Source of the DNA: an uncultured Hungatella sp.
Lineage (GTDB): Bacteria; Bacillota; Clostridia; Lachnospirales; Lachnospiraceae
Direction: 5' to 3'
DNA: 64,000 nt
NCBI GenBank assembly: GCA_947089145.1
Contig: CAMUJH010000015.1
Location: 1,805-65,804, forward strand
The notes below the pieces were generated by a model that saw only the letters and a list, made by a program, of their open reading frames with translations, was not told where the DNA came from and made no database searches. This document shows, piece after piece, positions 21,438 to 30,760 of this stretch; position 1 is the first letter of the stretch; every line of letters begins with the position of its first letter. Both the position numbers and the translations under genes were made by a program.

Positions 21438-23276
21438 TTATGCGCCGAGAAGGCTGACAACGGTCTGAGGCACCTGATTGGCCTGGGCCAGCATGGACTG
21501 ACCGCTTTGAAGCAGGATCTGGTTGCGCACATGCTCCGTAATGGACTCTGCCATATCAGTATCCCGAATCTGGGATTCGGCGGCAGTCAGGTTTTCAATG
21601 GTGTTGGCCAGGTTGGTCAGGGTGTGTTCCAGACGGTTCTGAACCGCGCCGTAATGGCTGCGCATCTTGCTGACCTGATCAATGGCTGCGTCAACGCTGT
21701 CAATGGCGGTGTTGGCGTTTTCATGGGTAAGGACATCCGTATTAGAGAGACGCAGTCCTGTGCTGTCAAGGCGGAACAAATCAATGTCAACGAAATTGTC
21801 CGCATCTCCTACCAGCAGAGAGATGCGCCCGGCGGCGCCTACAGACCAGCTCTTTACAGAAAAGCTGCTGTTTGACGTTACGCCGCTGCCGAAAATGGAA
21901 CCGCCGCCTGTGGAAAGGCTGGGGGATATGACGGACCCGGCTCCGCCTTTGGAGGCAAGGGACAAGTCCCGCACAAATCCGACGAGAGAGGCATCCGGGT
22001 TATCAAACAGGCGTTCCAGGGAAGCCAGATCCTTTATCTTTCCGCCGGTATGGTTGCTTAGTACGCTGTACAAAGACTTTGGCGCAGGATTTGCAGCAAG
22101 GTCGGCAAAGATCTCATCCATGCCGGCAGCTATGTTTGCACTGGTAACATCAGTTTGGCCGCTGGCAAGGTAACCGATATAGGCGGCTGCCAGATAACCG
22201 TGTCCGTAGGGACGGTCTTTTACATTGTAAGACTTTAAGTAATTGGAAATAGCCTGATCCTGGCCAGTGGGATTGGCAGGATCGATCTGCCCTGCAATCT
22301 GCTCCAGCTTGGTGTTCCAGCCTGTAGGGAATCCGCCTCCGGCCAGCTGGGCAGTGCCCTCTGTAAACCACTCAGGGAATTTTTCAACGCCGTCGCGCCC
22401 AAACATGCCGTCAGTCAATGTGTACTGCATGACGGAATGCATCAGTTCATGGGCAATGGTGGATTTTAAGGCATCCTGGGCCGGGCTGCCGTCTTTTATG
22501 GACTCATCGGAAAAGTCGGCGGTGTCCACGGTTATGTTCATATTAAAGGGCCTGCCGTCGGAACGGAACGAGGCCTGAGCGTAGGCCAGGGTGCCGTACC
22601 CTCCGTCAATGTACTCAATACGGAGATCCATCTCGATTTTTTCACCGTTAATATTGGCTTTCAGGGAAGGAAACGCATCCAGAATCTGAGTAAAAGCATT
22701 GGGAAGGTATTCCGTGGCTATTTTCTCTGCCAGGGCATCGTAGCCGGTGCTCTCAGAAGCCCTGCCAATGCGGCCCGTATAATTTACGTTTACAGTCCGG
22801 TTTTTTAAATCCAGCGTGCAGCCATACAGAGAGGTTAAGGTAACGCCCTTCTTGGAGGCCCCGTTGCTGAACAAGGGCACGCCGCTGAAGTTGGTGGATG
22901 TGCCGATGCGGCCGATCTCCTCTTTTAAGGCATCCATCTCCTGATTCATCATGGCGCGCTGGTCGTCTGTATAAGTGCTGTTTGAAGCCTGTACCGCCAT
23001 TCCCTTCATGCGGTTAAGCATAGAATGAACCTCTGTCAGGGCACCCTCCACGGTCTGAACAAGGGAAACGCCGTCCAGGGTATTTCTCTTGGCCTGATTG
23101 AGGGACATGATCTGCGCCCGCATCTTTTCGGATACGGCAAGACCTGCCGCATCATCGCCGGCGCGGTTAATGCGGTAGCCTGAACTGAGCTTTTCCAGAT
23201 TCTTGGACATGGTTCCCTGGGTCGTGGAGATAATTCTCTGGGAATTAATGGCGGAAAGATTGTGCTGAATCCTCAT
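21438..23276 (-). CDS. fliC: Flagellin with inserted gluzincin metallopeptidase domain (flagellinolysin type)
   Basis: N-terminal LSSGYRINRAGDDAAGL, C-terminal GAVQNRLEH..ESQIRDTDMA..AQANQ; central TIAHELMH...WFTEGTAQ. Confidence 0.92.
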   Translation of the reverse strand: MRIQHNLSAINSQRIISTTQGTMSKNLEKLSSGYRINRAGDDAAGLAVSEKMRAQIMSLNQAKRNTLDGVSLVQTVEGALTEVHSMLNRMKGMAVQASNSTYTDDQRAMMNQEMDALKEEIGRIGTSTNFSGVPLFSNGASKKGVTLTSLYGCTLDLKNRTVNVNYTGRIGRASESTGYDALAEKIATEYLPNAFTQILDAFPSLKANINGEKIEMDLRIEYIDGGYGTLAYAQASFRSDGRPFNMNITVDTADFSDESIKDGSPAQDALKSTIAHELMHSVMQYTLTDGMFGRDGVEKFPEWFTEGTAQLAGGGFPTGWNTKLEQIAGQIDPANPTGQDQAISNYLKSYNVKDRPYGHGYLAAAYIGYLASGQTDVTSANIAAGMDEIFADLAANPAPKSLYSVLSNHTGGKIKDLASLERLFDNPDASLVGFVRDLSLASKGGAGSVISPSLSTGGGSIFGSGVTSNSSFSVKSWSVGAAGRISLLVGDADNFVDIDLFRLDSTGLRLSNTDVLTHENANTAIDSVDAAIDQVSKMRSHYGAVQNRLEHTLTNLANTIENLTAAESQIRDTDMAESITEHVRNQILLQSGQSMLAQANQVPQTVVSLLGA

Positions 23277-23448
23277 GCACATTCACCTCCATAGTCATAG
23301 TAATGTGTTGTGTATTGGCGCTGGCCGCATCTGTAAGGACTAAATAAAATATTAATAAATATAATATATAGAACTCCGGCTGCATGCTAATAAAAAAGAT
23401 AAGCCGCCTCCCTGATCCGGGGGGTATTGCTTATCTGGTTATTATTCT

Positions 23449-23475
23449 ATATCGACATTGATTGGAAATTCTTAA
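23449..23475 (-). promoter_or_regulatory. Sigma-28 (FliA/SigD)-type promoter of the flagellin
   Basis: Minus strand TTAA-N15-GTCGATAT, versus consensus TAAA-N15-GCCGATAT. Confidence 0.6.
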
Positions 23476-23752
23476 GGCATATTTAAGATTTATTTTTTCG
23501 GGTTTCGCACCTATTATCTTTTCTGTGGCTATGGAAAATAATTGGAAAGGATGATATAATAGAAACGTGCACTTGCCGTGCATACATAGCAGCGGCCTCA
23601 GGGCCGGGATATGCTACCTTACTTTCGGCACAAAAGCCGTGGTATAGCACAAATGTACTGCCGAAGGCCCTTTTTGCGTCTGTCTGCTTTGGGCAGGAAA
23701 TCAGGCGGAGAGACTTTGGGAGTGCGTCACAAACTAAAGGAGGGTATCTTAA

Positions 23753-24673
23753 GTGAGACTAGTAACACGTTCAGACTTTGACGGGCTGGTATGCGGAGCA
23801 TTATTATTGGAGGCGGGGATTATCGATCATTGGAAGTTTGCGCATCCAAAAGATTTACAGGACGGTTTGGTGGAGATAGATGAGAATGACTGCCTGGCTA
23901 ATGTACCATTTGTGGAGGGGTGCGGGCTTTGGTTTGACCATCATTCCAGTGAACATGAGCGTTTGCAGCTTGAGGGGAAATACAAAGGAGAAAGCCGCAT
24001 CGCCCCGTCATGCGCCAGGATTATATATGAGTATTACGGCGGCAGGGAGCGCTTTGGGAAGTTTGACGAGATCATGGAGGCTGTGGATAAAGTTGATTCC
24101 GGTAATTTGACCATTGATGAAGTTATGAACCCAAAGGGATGGATACTTGTCGGTTTTTTGATGGACCCGAGAACCGGACTCGGGAGATGGAGGGATTTTA
24201 CCATTTCCAATTATCAGCTGATGGAGAAACTGCTGGATGGCTGCCGGGTTATGAGTACAGAGGAGATCCTTGCCCTTTCCGATGTACAGGAGCGGGTGGA
24301 AGTTTACAATGAGCAGACGGAAAAGTTCAAAGAAATGGTAGCGGCTCATACACGGGTTGAGGGAAATGTGATTATTACGGATCTGAGAGGGGTGGAGCCT
24401 ATTTATACAGGCAACCGCTTTATGATCTACAGTATGTATCCGCAGCAGAATATTTCGGCATGGATCGTCAGCGGCAAAGGCGGGCAGGGATGTTCGGCAG
24501 CAGTAGGATACAGCATTCTGAACCGTACGGCTGCATTGGATGTGGGAAGCTTAATGTTAAAGTATAACGGCGGCGGCCACAAGAAGGTGGGAACCTGCCA
24601 GTTTAATAATGAGAATATGGATACAGAGCTGCCGAAGATGCTGGAAGAACTTTGTGCCATGGCTAATAAGTAG
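23753..24673 (+). CDS. DHH-family phosphoesterase (exopolyphosphatase-like)
   Basis: RLVTRSDFDG, FDHH, GGGH motifs. Confidence 0.85.
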   Translation: MRLVTRSDFDGLVCGALLLEAGIIDHWKFAHPKDLQDGLVEIDENDCLANVPFVEGCGLWFDHHSSEHERLQLEGKYKGESRIAPSCARIIYEYYGGRERFGKFDEIMEAVDKVDSGNLTIDEVMNPKGWILVGFLMDPRTGLGRWRDFTISNYQLMEKLLDGCRVMSTEEILALSDVQERVEVYNEQTEKFKEMVAAHTRVEGNVIITDLRGVEPIYTGNRFMIYSMYPQQNISAWIVSGKGGQGCSAAVGYSILNRTAALDVGSLMLKYNGGGHKKVGTCQFNNENMDTELPKMLEELCAMANK

Positions 24674-24679
24674 ATTTTT

Positions 24680-24846
24680 CCATAGGCCGGAGAGCCTGAT
24701 GAGATTAACCTCCATGCGCCTTTCTCGGAACCACCATAAATGAAAGAGGGGGTTACTACGAACCCTCCGGGGGATGCACACAAAATGCCAAAAACGGGCA
24801 TTTTGGCAACCTACGGTCAGCGCGGCACATGCGCAGACCTACCGTA
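24680..24846. ncRNA. Candidate structured intergenic RNA, family unassigned
   Basis: Nested stems CCGGAG/CTCCGG and TAACCTCC/GGGGGTTA plus two further hairpins; no family recognised. Confidence 0.3.
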
Positions 24847-24886
24847 AAGATTCGATACTTTCATCGTAAAAAAGTAAGATTTTGAT

Positions 24887-24921
24887 AAAAACAGACCTGT
24901 GTTTTGGCCAGGTCTGTTTTT
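24887..24921. terminator. Bidirectional intrinsic terminator
   Basis: AAAAACAGACCTG-loop-CAGGTCTGTTTTT. Confidence 0.8.
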
Positions 24922-24956
24922 CGTGGAATAAGGCCCAGGAGTTTTTTAAAGGTATA

Positions 24957-25328
24957 TCAGCACCCCCGAAAAACCAGGACAAAGATAATAGCCAAAAAAA
25001 CGGCCTCCCTGGCAGGGTGTTCCCGCATTTCCCTAAACATATACTCCAGCTTTGGGGTCGGCGGTACGGAATGGGCGGCATCGTCGCTTAATTCCGCCAT
25101 GGTGCGGATGCGGGTTCTCTCTGTTTCATCATATTCTTTCCTTTTTTCTGCATCGGAGAGGACGGCATAGGCCTCATAGAGTTCTTTGGCACGGGGGTTG
25201 TCCTTAAAGTCCGTGGCAGGGTTCAGGAAGTCAAAGCGGGGCTGCTTGTTGCGGTAGGCGTTTTCAATCTCATCCTGTGTTGCGTCGGTGCTGACATTTA
25301 AAAGCTTATACAAGTGATTTTTTTCCAT
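24957..25328 (-). CDS. DnaJ-like domain protein without HPD, C-terminal hydrophobic helix
   Basis: LYKLLNVS..AT.DEI..AYR...EAYAVLSD..KR.EYD; tail AVFLAIIFVLVF. Confidence 0.75.
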   Translation of the reverse strand: MEKNHLYKLLNVSTDATQDEIENAYRNKQPRFDFLNPATDFKDNPRAKELYEAYAVLSDAEKRKEYDETERTRIRTMAELSDDAAHSVPPTPKLEYMFREMREHPAREAVFLAIIFVLVFRGC

Positions 25329-25400
25329 GACTTTCCTTTCCCTGATCGTTTCTTATAAGCATTATACTGAAGATAATGGGAACCGTCAATAAAATACCGG

Positions 25401-25453
25401 TTGACATTTTCGGAGAATGTGTTAATATAAACATATGAATAATCGTTCATATG
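25401..25453 (+). promoter_or_regulatory. cad promoter with ArsR/CadC operator
   Basis: TTGACA at 25401; perfect inverted repeat CATATGAA-N6-TTCATATG at 25432-25453. Confidence 0.75.
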
Positions 25454-25472
25454 AAAAGAAAGGGCGGAGAGA

Positions 25473-25853
25473 ATGACAGAAAAAGAGAGGATTGAACAGG
25501 AAGTCCAGGAGTGTGTCTGCGAATTTATGCATGTCCATGATGAGATCGTGGATAAAGTGAAGAAGGTTATGCCCCAGGAACAGGAGCTTTTAGATCTGGC
25601 TGAGTTTTTTAAGGTGTTCGGGGATTCTACCAGGATTAAGATCCTGTATGTGCTGAGCCAGTCAGAGATGTGCGTCTGCGATATTGCCACTTTGCTGCAG
25701 ATGGGACAGTCGGCTATCTCCCATCAGCTGCGGATTCTGAAGCAGATGCGGCTGGTGAATTTCCGCAGAGACGGAAAGACCGTGTTCTATTCTTTATCAG
25801 ACGGTCATATTCAGACAATTCTGGATCAAGGCATGGAACATATCAGCGAATGA
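25473..25853 (+). CDS. ArsR/SmtB (CadC-like) metal-sensing repressor
   Basis: FKVFGDSTRIKIL..EMCVCDIA..QSAISHQLR..DGH. Confidence 0.92.
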   Translation: MTEKERIEQEVQECVCEFMHVHDEIVDKVKKVMPQEQELLDLAEFFKVFGDSTRIKILYVLSQSEMCVCDIATLLQMGQSAISHQLRILKQMRLVNFRRDGKTVFYSLSDGHIQTILDQGMEHISE

Positions 25854-25878
25854 CGGTAAGGAAATCGGGGGAAAGGTC

Positions 25879-27897
25879 ATGACGAAAAAACAGAAAAAAA
25901 TGGTAATCCGCTTATGTGTAAGCGCAGTATGTTTAGCAGGAGGATTGATTTCGGAGGGAAGGCATCCGATAGACTGGGTGTTGTTTTTGGCAGCCTACCT
26001 GGCAGCAGGCTACGACATTCCGCTAAAGGCTTTCCGCAATATCCGCAACGGCCAGGTATTTGATGAGAATTTTCTTATGACGGTGGCTACATTCGGTGCC
26101 ATTGGCGTGGGGGAGCTGGAAGAGGCGGTGGCAGTTATGCTGTTTTACCAGGTGGGGGAACTGTTTAATGATTATGCAGTGAACCGTTCCAGAAAGTCCA
26201 TTACCAACCTGATGGACATTAATCCGGATTATGCCAATGTGCTTCGGGAGGGGAACGAGGAGCAGGTAGAGCCGGACGAGGTGGAGATCGGAGAGGTAAT
26301 TGTCATTAAGCCGGGAGAAAAAGTGCCGCTGGACGGCGTGGTGATAAGGGGAAGTTCCAGCCTGGATACCAAGGCGCTTACGGGGGAGAGCGTGCCCGTG
26401 GAGGTGACGGAAGGAGAGAGCATTGTCAGTGGCTCCATCAATTTAAACGGAGTTCTGGAAGTGAAGGTGACAAAGCTGTTTGATGACTCGACAGTTGCCA
26501 AAATACTGGAATTGGTGGAGAATGCCAGTTCCAGAAAAGCAAAAGCAGAAAATTTTATTACCAGGTTTGCCCGGGTATATACGCCGGCAGTAGTAGCCCT
26601 GGCTTTGGCCTTGGCATTGATACCTCCCATTGCGGCAGGACAGCCCTGGTCTGTATGGGTGTATCGGGCCTGCAGCTTCCTGGTGGTGTCCTGCCCATGT
26701 GCCCTGGTGATCTCCATTCCCTTAAGTTTTTTCGGAGGACTGGGGGCTGCTTCTAAAAACGGGATCTTGATGAAGGGCAGCAATTATCTGGAGGCCATGG
26801 GGAAGCTGGATACCGTGGTATTTGACAAGACCGGAACTCTGACTACCGGAAGATTCCAGGTGACAGAGGTTAAAGCGGCAGACGGCCGGGGAGAGAACGG
26901 CCGGGAGGCCTTAAGCAGGGAGGAACTTCTGGAACTGGCGGCCTACGGGGAATACCATTCCAATCATCCCATTGCTCTTTCGGTAAAAGAGGCGTTCGAA
27001 AATCAGGCGGCAGGCAGAGCCGTAGATGCAGACAGGATCTTATTTGCAGAGGAGATCGCAGGCCATGGGATGCACGTAAGACTCAGCTGCAGCCAGACAG
27101 ACAGGAGCATTGGACTAAAGAGTATTGGACTAAAAGAGGCTGCAGGGACAGCAAAGGCTGGCCGGACGGAAGAAAAGTCCGGGGAGGCAGCAGGCGGAGC
27201 GGACTTCTGCAGAGACATCTATATAGGCAACGAGAAACTGATGAACCGCCAGGGCATCACGGCCATGGAAGCTGGCGAAACCGTGGGAACCATTTTGTAT
27301 CTGGCAGACGGGAACCGCTTTTTAGGGTCTATTGTAATTTCCGATACCATACGAAGCGACGTGTCCAGGGCATTGAAAGGATTACGGGCAGAAGGCGTCC
27401 GCAGCCTGGTGATGCTGACAGGGGATAAAGAAGCCGTAGGCAGAGCCGTGGGACAGAAGCTGGGGCTGGATAAAGTTTTCGGCGGCCTTCTGCCAGGTGA
27501 CAAGGTGCAGAAAGTGGAGGAACTTCTCAGAGAAAAGCCGTCAGACAGGACATTGGCTTTTGTGGGCGACGGGATTAATGACGCCCCGGTTCTGGCCAGG
27601 GCAGACGTGGGAATCGCCATGGGCGGTATTGGCTCAGATGCCGCAGTGGAGGCGGCGGACGTGGTGATTATGAATGACCAGCCTTCCAAGATCGTGGACG
27701 GAATCCGGATTGCCAGGAAAACAGTGGGGATCGTAGGGCAGAATATTGTGTTTGCCATCGGGGTAAAGCTTTTGGTGCTTGCATTGGTAGCATGCGGCTT
27801 TGCATCTATGTGGGCAGCTGTATTCGGCGACGTGGGCGTGTCGGTTTTGGCAATTCTGAACGCTGTCCGGGCTTTAAATTATACGTCGGAATCATAG
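25879..27897 (+). CDS. cadA: Cd/Zn/Co-type P1B ATPase
   Basis: TGES, SCPCAL, DKTGT, SNHP, GDGINDAP. Confidence 0.92.
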   Translation: MTKKQKKMVIRLCVSAVCLAGGLISEGRHPIDWVLFLAAYLAAGYDIPLKAFRNIRNGQVFDENFLMTVATFGAIGVGELEEAVAVMLFYQVGELFNDYAVNRSRKSITNLMDINPDYANVLREGNEEQVEPDEVEIGEVIVIKPGEKVPLDGVVIRGSSSLDTKALTGESVPVEVTEGESIVSGSINLNGVLEVKVTKLFDDSTVAKILELVENASSRKAKAENFITRFARVYTPAVVALALALALIPPIAAGQPWSVWVYRACSFLVVSCPCALVISIPLSFFGGLGAASKNGILMKGSNYLEAMGKLDTVVFDKTGTLTTGRFQVTEVKAADGRGENGREALSREELLELAAYGEYHSNHPIALSVKEAFENQAAGRAVDADRILFAEEIAGHGMHVRLSCSQTDRSIGLKSIGLKEAAGTAKAGRTEEKSGEAAGGADFCRDIYIGNEKLMNRQGITAMEAGETVGTILYLADGNRFLGSIVISDTIRSDVSRALKGLRAEGVRSLVMLTGDKEAVGRAVGQKLGLDKVFGGLLPGDKVQKVEELLREKPSDRTLAFVGDGINDAPVLARADVGIAMGGIGSDAAVEAADVVIMNDQPSKIVDGIRIARKTVGIVGQNIVFAIGVKLLVLALVACGFASMWAAVFGDVGVSVLAILNAVRALNYTSES

Positions 27898-27981
27898 TCT
27901 CCGTCATACTTTGCTATTTCTCTTAACGGAGATGGATCGGGCGATGTTTTGGCATGATCAGTAGAGATGGAAATGACTCAC

Positions 27982-28021
27982 AAGGCTCGTGTCCCTACAA
28001 TTAAAGGGTACGGGCCTTTTT
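27982..28021 (+). terminator. Intrinsic terminator after cadA
   Basis: AAGGCTCGTGTCCCT...AGGGTACGGGCCTT followed by T run. Confidence 0.65.
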
Positions 28022-28112
28022 GTCCTTGCATATCTTCTGGCTTCCATATATAATAAAATCAGATTCAAAAATTTTTTCCAAAAATCACCAGAAAGCGGAG
28101 GAATTATCAAGT

Positions 28113-29393
28113 ATGAATACAAATACCGAAATAGAGTTACCCCTGAAAACCCCCACTACCATAGCGGTGGCAGGAACCGGTTATGTAGGCCTGTCCCTGG
28201 CTGTTCTCTTGTCCCAGCACCATAAGGTGTACGCCGTGGACATTGTGCCGGAAAAAGTGGAGAAGATAAATTCCCGCATATCTCCGATCCAGGATACGGA
28301 AATTGAGGATTATCTGGCAAACCGGCAGCTGAACCTGACTGCCACGCTGGACGGGGAGAAAGCCTACAGGGAGGCGGACTATGTAATCATCGCAGCGCCT
28401 ACTAATTACGACAGCCGGAAGAATTTTTTTGACACGTCAGCAGTGGAGCAGGTGATTGAACTGGTTATAAAATCTAATCCAAAGGCTGTTATGGTTATTA
28501 AATCAACCGTGCCTGTAGGGTATACGGAATCCGTCAGAAAGAAATATCATACGTCCAATATTCTGTTCAGCCCGGAGTTTTTAAGAGAATCCAGGGCACT
28601 GTATGATAATCTGTATCCCAGCAGAATCATTGTGGGAACTGACAGAGAGGATCAGCAGCTTTTTGATGCTGCCCGCAGTTTTGCGGCGCTTCTGCAGGAG
28701 GGAGCCATAAAGGAACCGGTGGATACCCTGTTTATGGGTTTTACGGAGGCAGAGGCGGTAAAGCTGTTTGCCAACACTTATCTTGCCCTGAGAGTTTCTT
28801 ATTTTAATGAACTGGATACGTATGCCGAGATGAAGGGGCTGGATACCAAATCGATTATTGACGGCGTGTGCCTGGACCCCAGAATCGGGACCCATTATAA
28901 TAATCCGTCCTTTGGCTACGGCGGTTATTGCCTTCCAAAGGATACGAAGCAGCTGCTGGCCAATTATTCTGATGTCCCGGAGAACCTTATTGAGGCCATT
29001 GTGGAGAGCAACCGAACCAGGAAAGATTTTATTGCGGACAGGGTTCTTACCATGGCAGGGTACTATGACTACTACAACCGCAACGATTACGACAGGGAGA
29101 AGGAGCGCTCTTGCAGCGTAGGGGTATACCGGCTTACCATGAAGAGCAATTCTGATAATTTCCGCCAGTCTTCGATTCAGGGAGTTATGAAGAGGATTAA
29201 GGCTAAAGGAGCGGCGGTAATCGTGTATGAGCCTACGCTTGAGGACGGCAGCACGTTTTTTGGCAGTCTGGTGGTTAACGATCTGGAAAAGTTTAAAAGC
29301 ATGTGCGACTGCATTATTGCAAACCGGTATGATGAGTCGCTGGATGATGTAAAAGGAAAGGTGTACACAAGAGATTTGTTCCAAAGGGATTAA
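28113..29393 (+). CDS. ugd: UDP-glucose 6-dehydrogenase
   Basis: [33 protein letters not shown]; promoter TTGCAT-17-TATAAT (28026-28054) and GGAGG RBS favour ATG 28113. Confidence 0.93.
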   Translation: MNTNTEIELPLKTPTTIAVAGTGYVGLSLAVLLSQHHKVYAVDIVPEKVEKINSRISPIQDTEIEDYLANRQLNLTATLDGEKAYREADYVIIAAPTNYDSRKNFFDTSAVEQVIELVIKSNPKAVMVIKSTVPVGYTESVRKKYHTSNILFSPEFLRESRALYDNLYPSRIIVGTDREDQQLFDAARSFAALLQEGAIKEPVDTLFMGFTEAEAVKLFANTYLALRVSYFNELDTYAEMKGLDTKSIIDGVCLDPRIGTHYNNPSFGYGGYCLPKDTKQLLANYSDVPENLIEAIVESNRTRKDFIADRVLTMAGYYDYYNRNDYDREKERSCSVGVYRLTMKSNSDNFRQSSIQGVMKRIKAKGAAVIVYEPTLEDGSTFFGSLVVNDLEKFKSMCDCIIANRYDESLDDVKGKVYTRDLFQRD

Positions 29394-29538
29394 TTATATG
29401 GACAGATAAGAAAGAAGGGGCGGCGCTGCATTTTGTGAGGCGAGGTTTAGAAATGACAGCAATTAACCGCTCGACAGCCGGCAGCCAGGGACTGCCGGCA
29501 AATAGGCAGAGGGAACGCTAAAAGGAGATGACAACAGG

Positions 29539-30192
29539 ATGCCTGTATTTCGACTGAATAAAGAAGACGTGATTTTTCCCAGTCCGAGGCTTGCAGAGGA
29601 AAACGGACTGTTGGCGGTGGGAGGGGATCTAAGTGTGCGCCGGCTGCTTCTGGCATATGATCACGGTATATTTCCGTGGTATAATCCAGGGGAGGAGATT
29701 TTGTGGTGGTGTCCAAGGGAACGGTTTTTGATCTTTCCGGAGGATATCCATATCTCCCACTCTATGAAAAAGTATATGAGAAAGCACAAATTCCGGATTA
29801 TTTTAAACCGGGATTTTCAGGATACCATGCACCGATGCCGGGCAAAGCGGGAGGCGGATGAGGGAACGTGGATCAGCGATGAGATGGAGGAGGCGTATTA
29901 CCAGCTTCATAAAGAAGGGTATGCAGTCAGCGTGGAAGCCTATGAAGACGGAGAGCTGGCAGGGGGGCTTTACGGAGTGTCCCTGGGCAGATGCTTTTTC
30001 GGGGAGAGCATGTTTTCGGAAAGAGAAAACGGCTCTAAGGTGGCGCTGATCGCATTTTCCAAGTTTTTGGAAGATAAGGAATTTTTGTTTATTGACTGTC
30101 AGTTCCATACGGATCATCTGGAAAGCATGGGAGGACATTACGTGCCTTGGGAGACTTTCGAGAATCTTCTGCGGGAAGGGACAGGAGACTGA
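29539..30192 (+). CDS. aat: Leucyl/phenylalanyl-tRNA--protein transferase
   Basis: GLLAVGGDL, AY..GIFPW, TWI, GGLYG, FFGESMFS, IDCQ..T.HL. Confidence 0.93.
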   Translation: MPVFRLNKEDVIFPSPRLAEENGLLAVGGDLSVRRLLLAYDHGIFPWYNPGEEILWWCPRERFLIFPEDIHISHSMKKYMRKHKFRIILNRDFQDTMHRCRAKREADEGTWISDEMEEAYYQLHKEGYAVSVEAYEDGELAGGLYGVSLGRCFFGESMFSERENGSKVALIAFSKFLEDKEFLFIDCQFHTDHLESMGGHYVPWETFENLLREGTGD

Positions 30193-30400
30193 TGGGGAAC
30201 AATGCCCTTTGGATTTATGTTCATCCAGCGGAGATTTAACAGATACAAAAACCATGACTGCCCCAGCTTTTGCGGCATAAAATCAGGATTGAGGGATGGC
30301 TGAAAGGAATTAAACGGGTTAAGTATAGTAACCGTGCGGCTTTCAGCCATTTGCATGATATAAGTGGGGCTCATTGATGTTAAAGACAGTAAATGGAATA

Positions 30401-30440
30401 AAGTGGGGAAAAAACCATAGGTTTTTCCCCACTTCTTTTT
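30401..30440 (+). terminator. Intrinsic terminator
   Basis: AAGTGGGGAAAAA...TTTTTCCCCACTT followed by CTTTTT. Confidence 0.75.
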
Positions 30441-30461
30441 AAATCTAAAAATCTGTTAATC

Positions 30462-30500
30462 TTTACAAAATCATTACATAAACTTTACAAAAACACTACA
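30462..30500 (+). promoter_or_regulatory. Four direct repeats at 11-bp period (OmpR/PhoP-type box)
   Basis: TTTACA, ATTACA, TTTACA, ACTACA; the TACA cores lie at 30464, 30475, 30486, 30497. Confidence 0.6.
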
Positions 30501-30760
30501 AAATTGGGCAAAACAATTAAATTTGCTCTTTTTTTGTTTCAAACTGACGGATATAGAATAGCACACCCCGAAAAAATTTGCAATAGTTTTTCGGGGAAAA
30601 AGCTATGGAATTCTCCCCACGGATGCAGAGGGAAGGCGGCACTATAAAGCCTTGGGACTACAGAGAAATTCGGGGCAATAGCAGGTAGTTTCAGGCTATT
30701 TGGCCAAGCATGGAAAAGAAGGAAAATAGAGATAAAGCGCATGGATGGGGGGATTGCTGC

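Noticed and set aside
24696-24780. Hammerhead ribozyme (CTGATGAG...CGAA)
   Set aside because: GAAC instead of GAAA, and only about 2 bp are available for stem I; kept only as an unassigned structure
24680-24846. 6S or SRP RNA
   Set aside because: No symmetric central bubble and no SRP helix-8 motif
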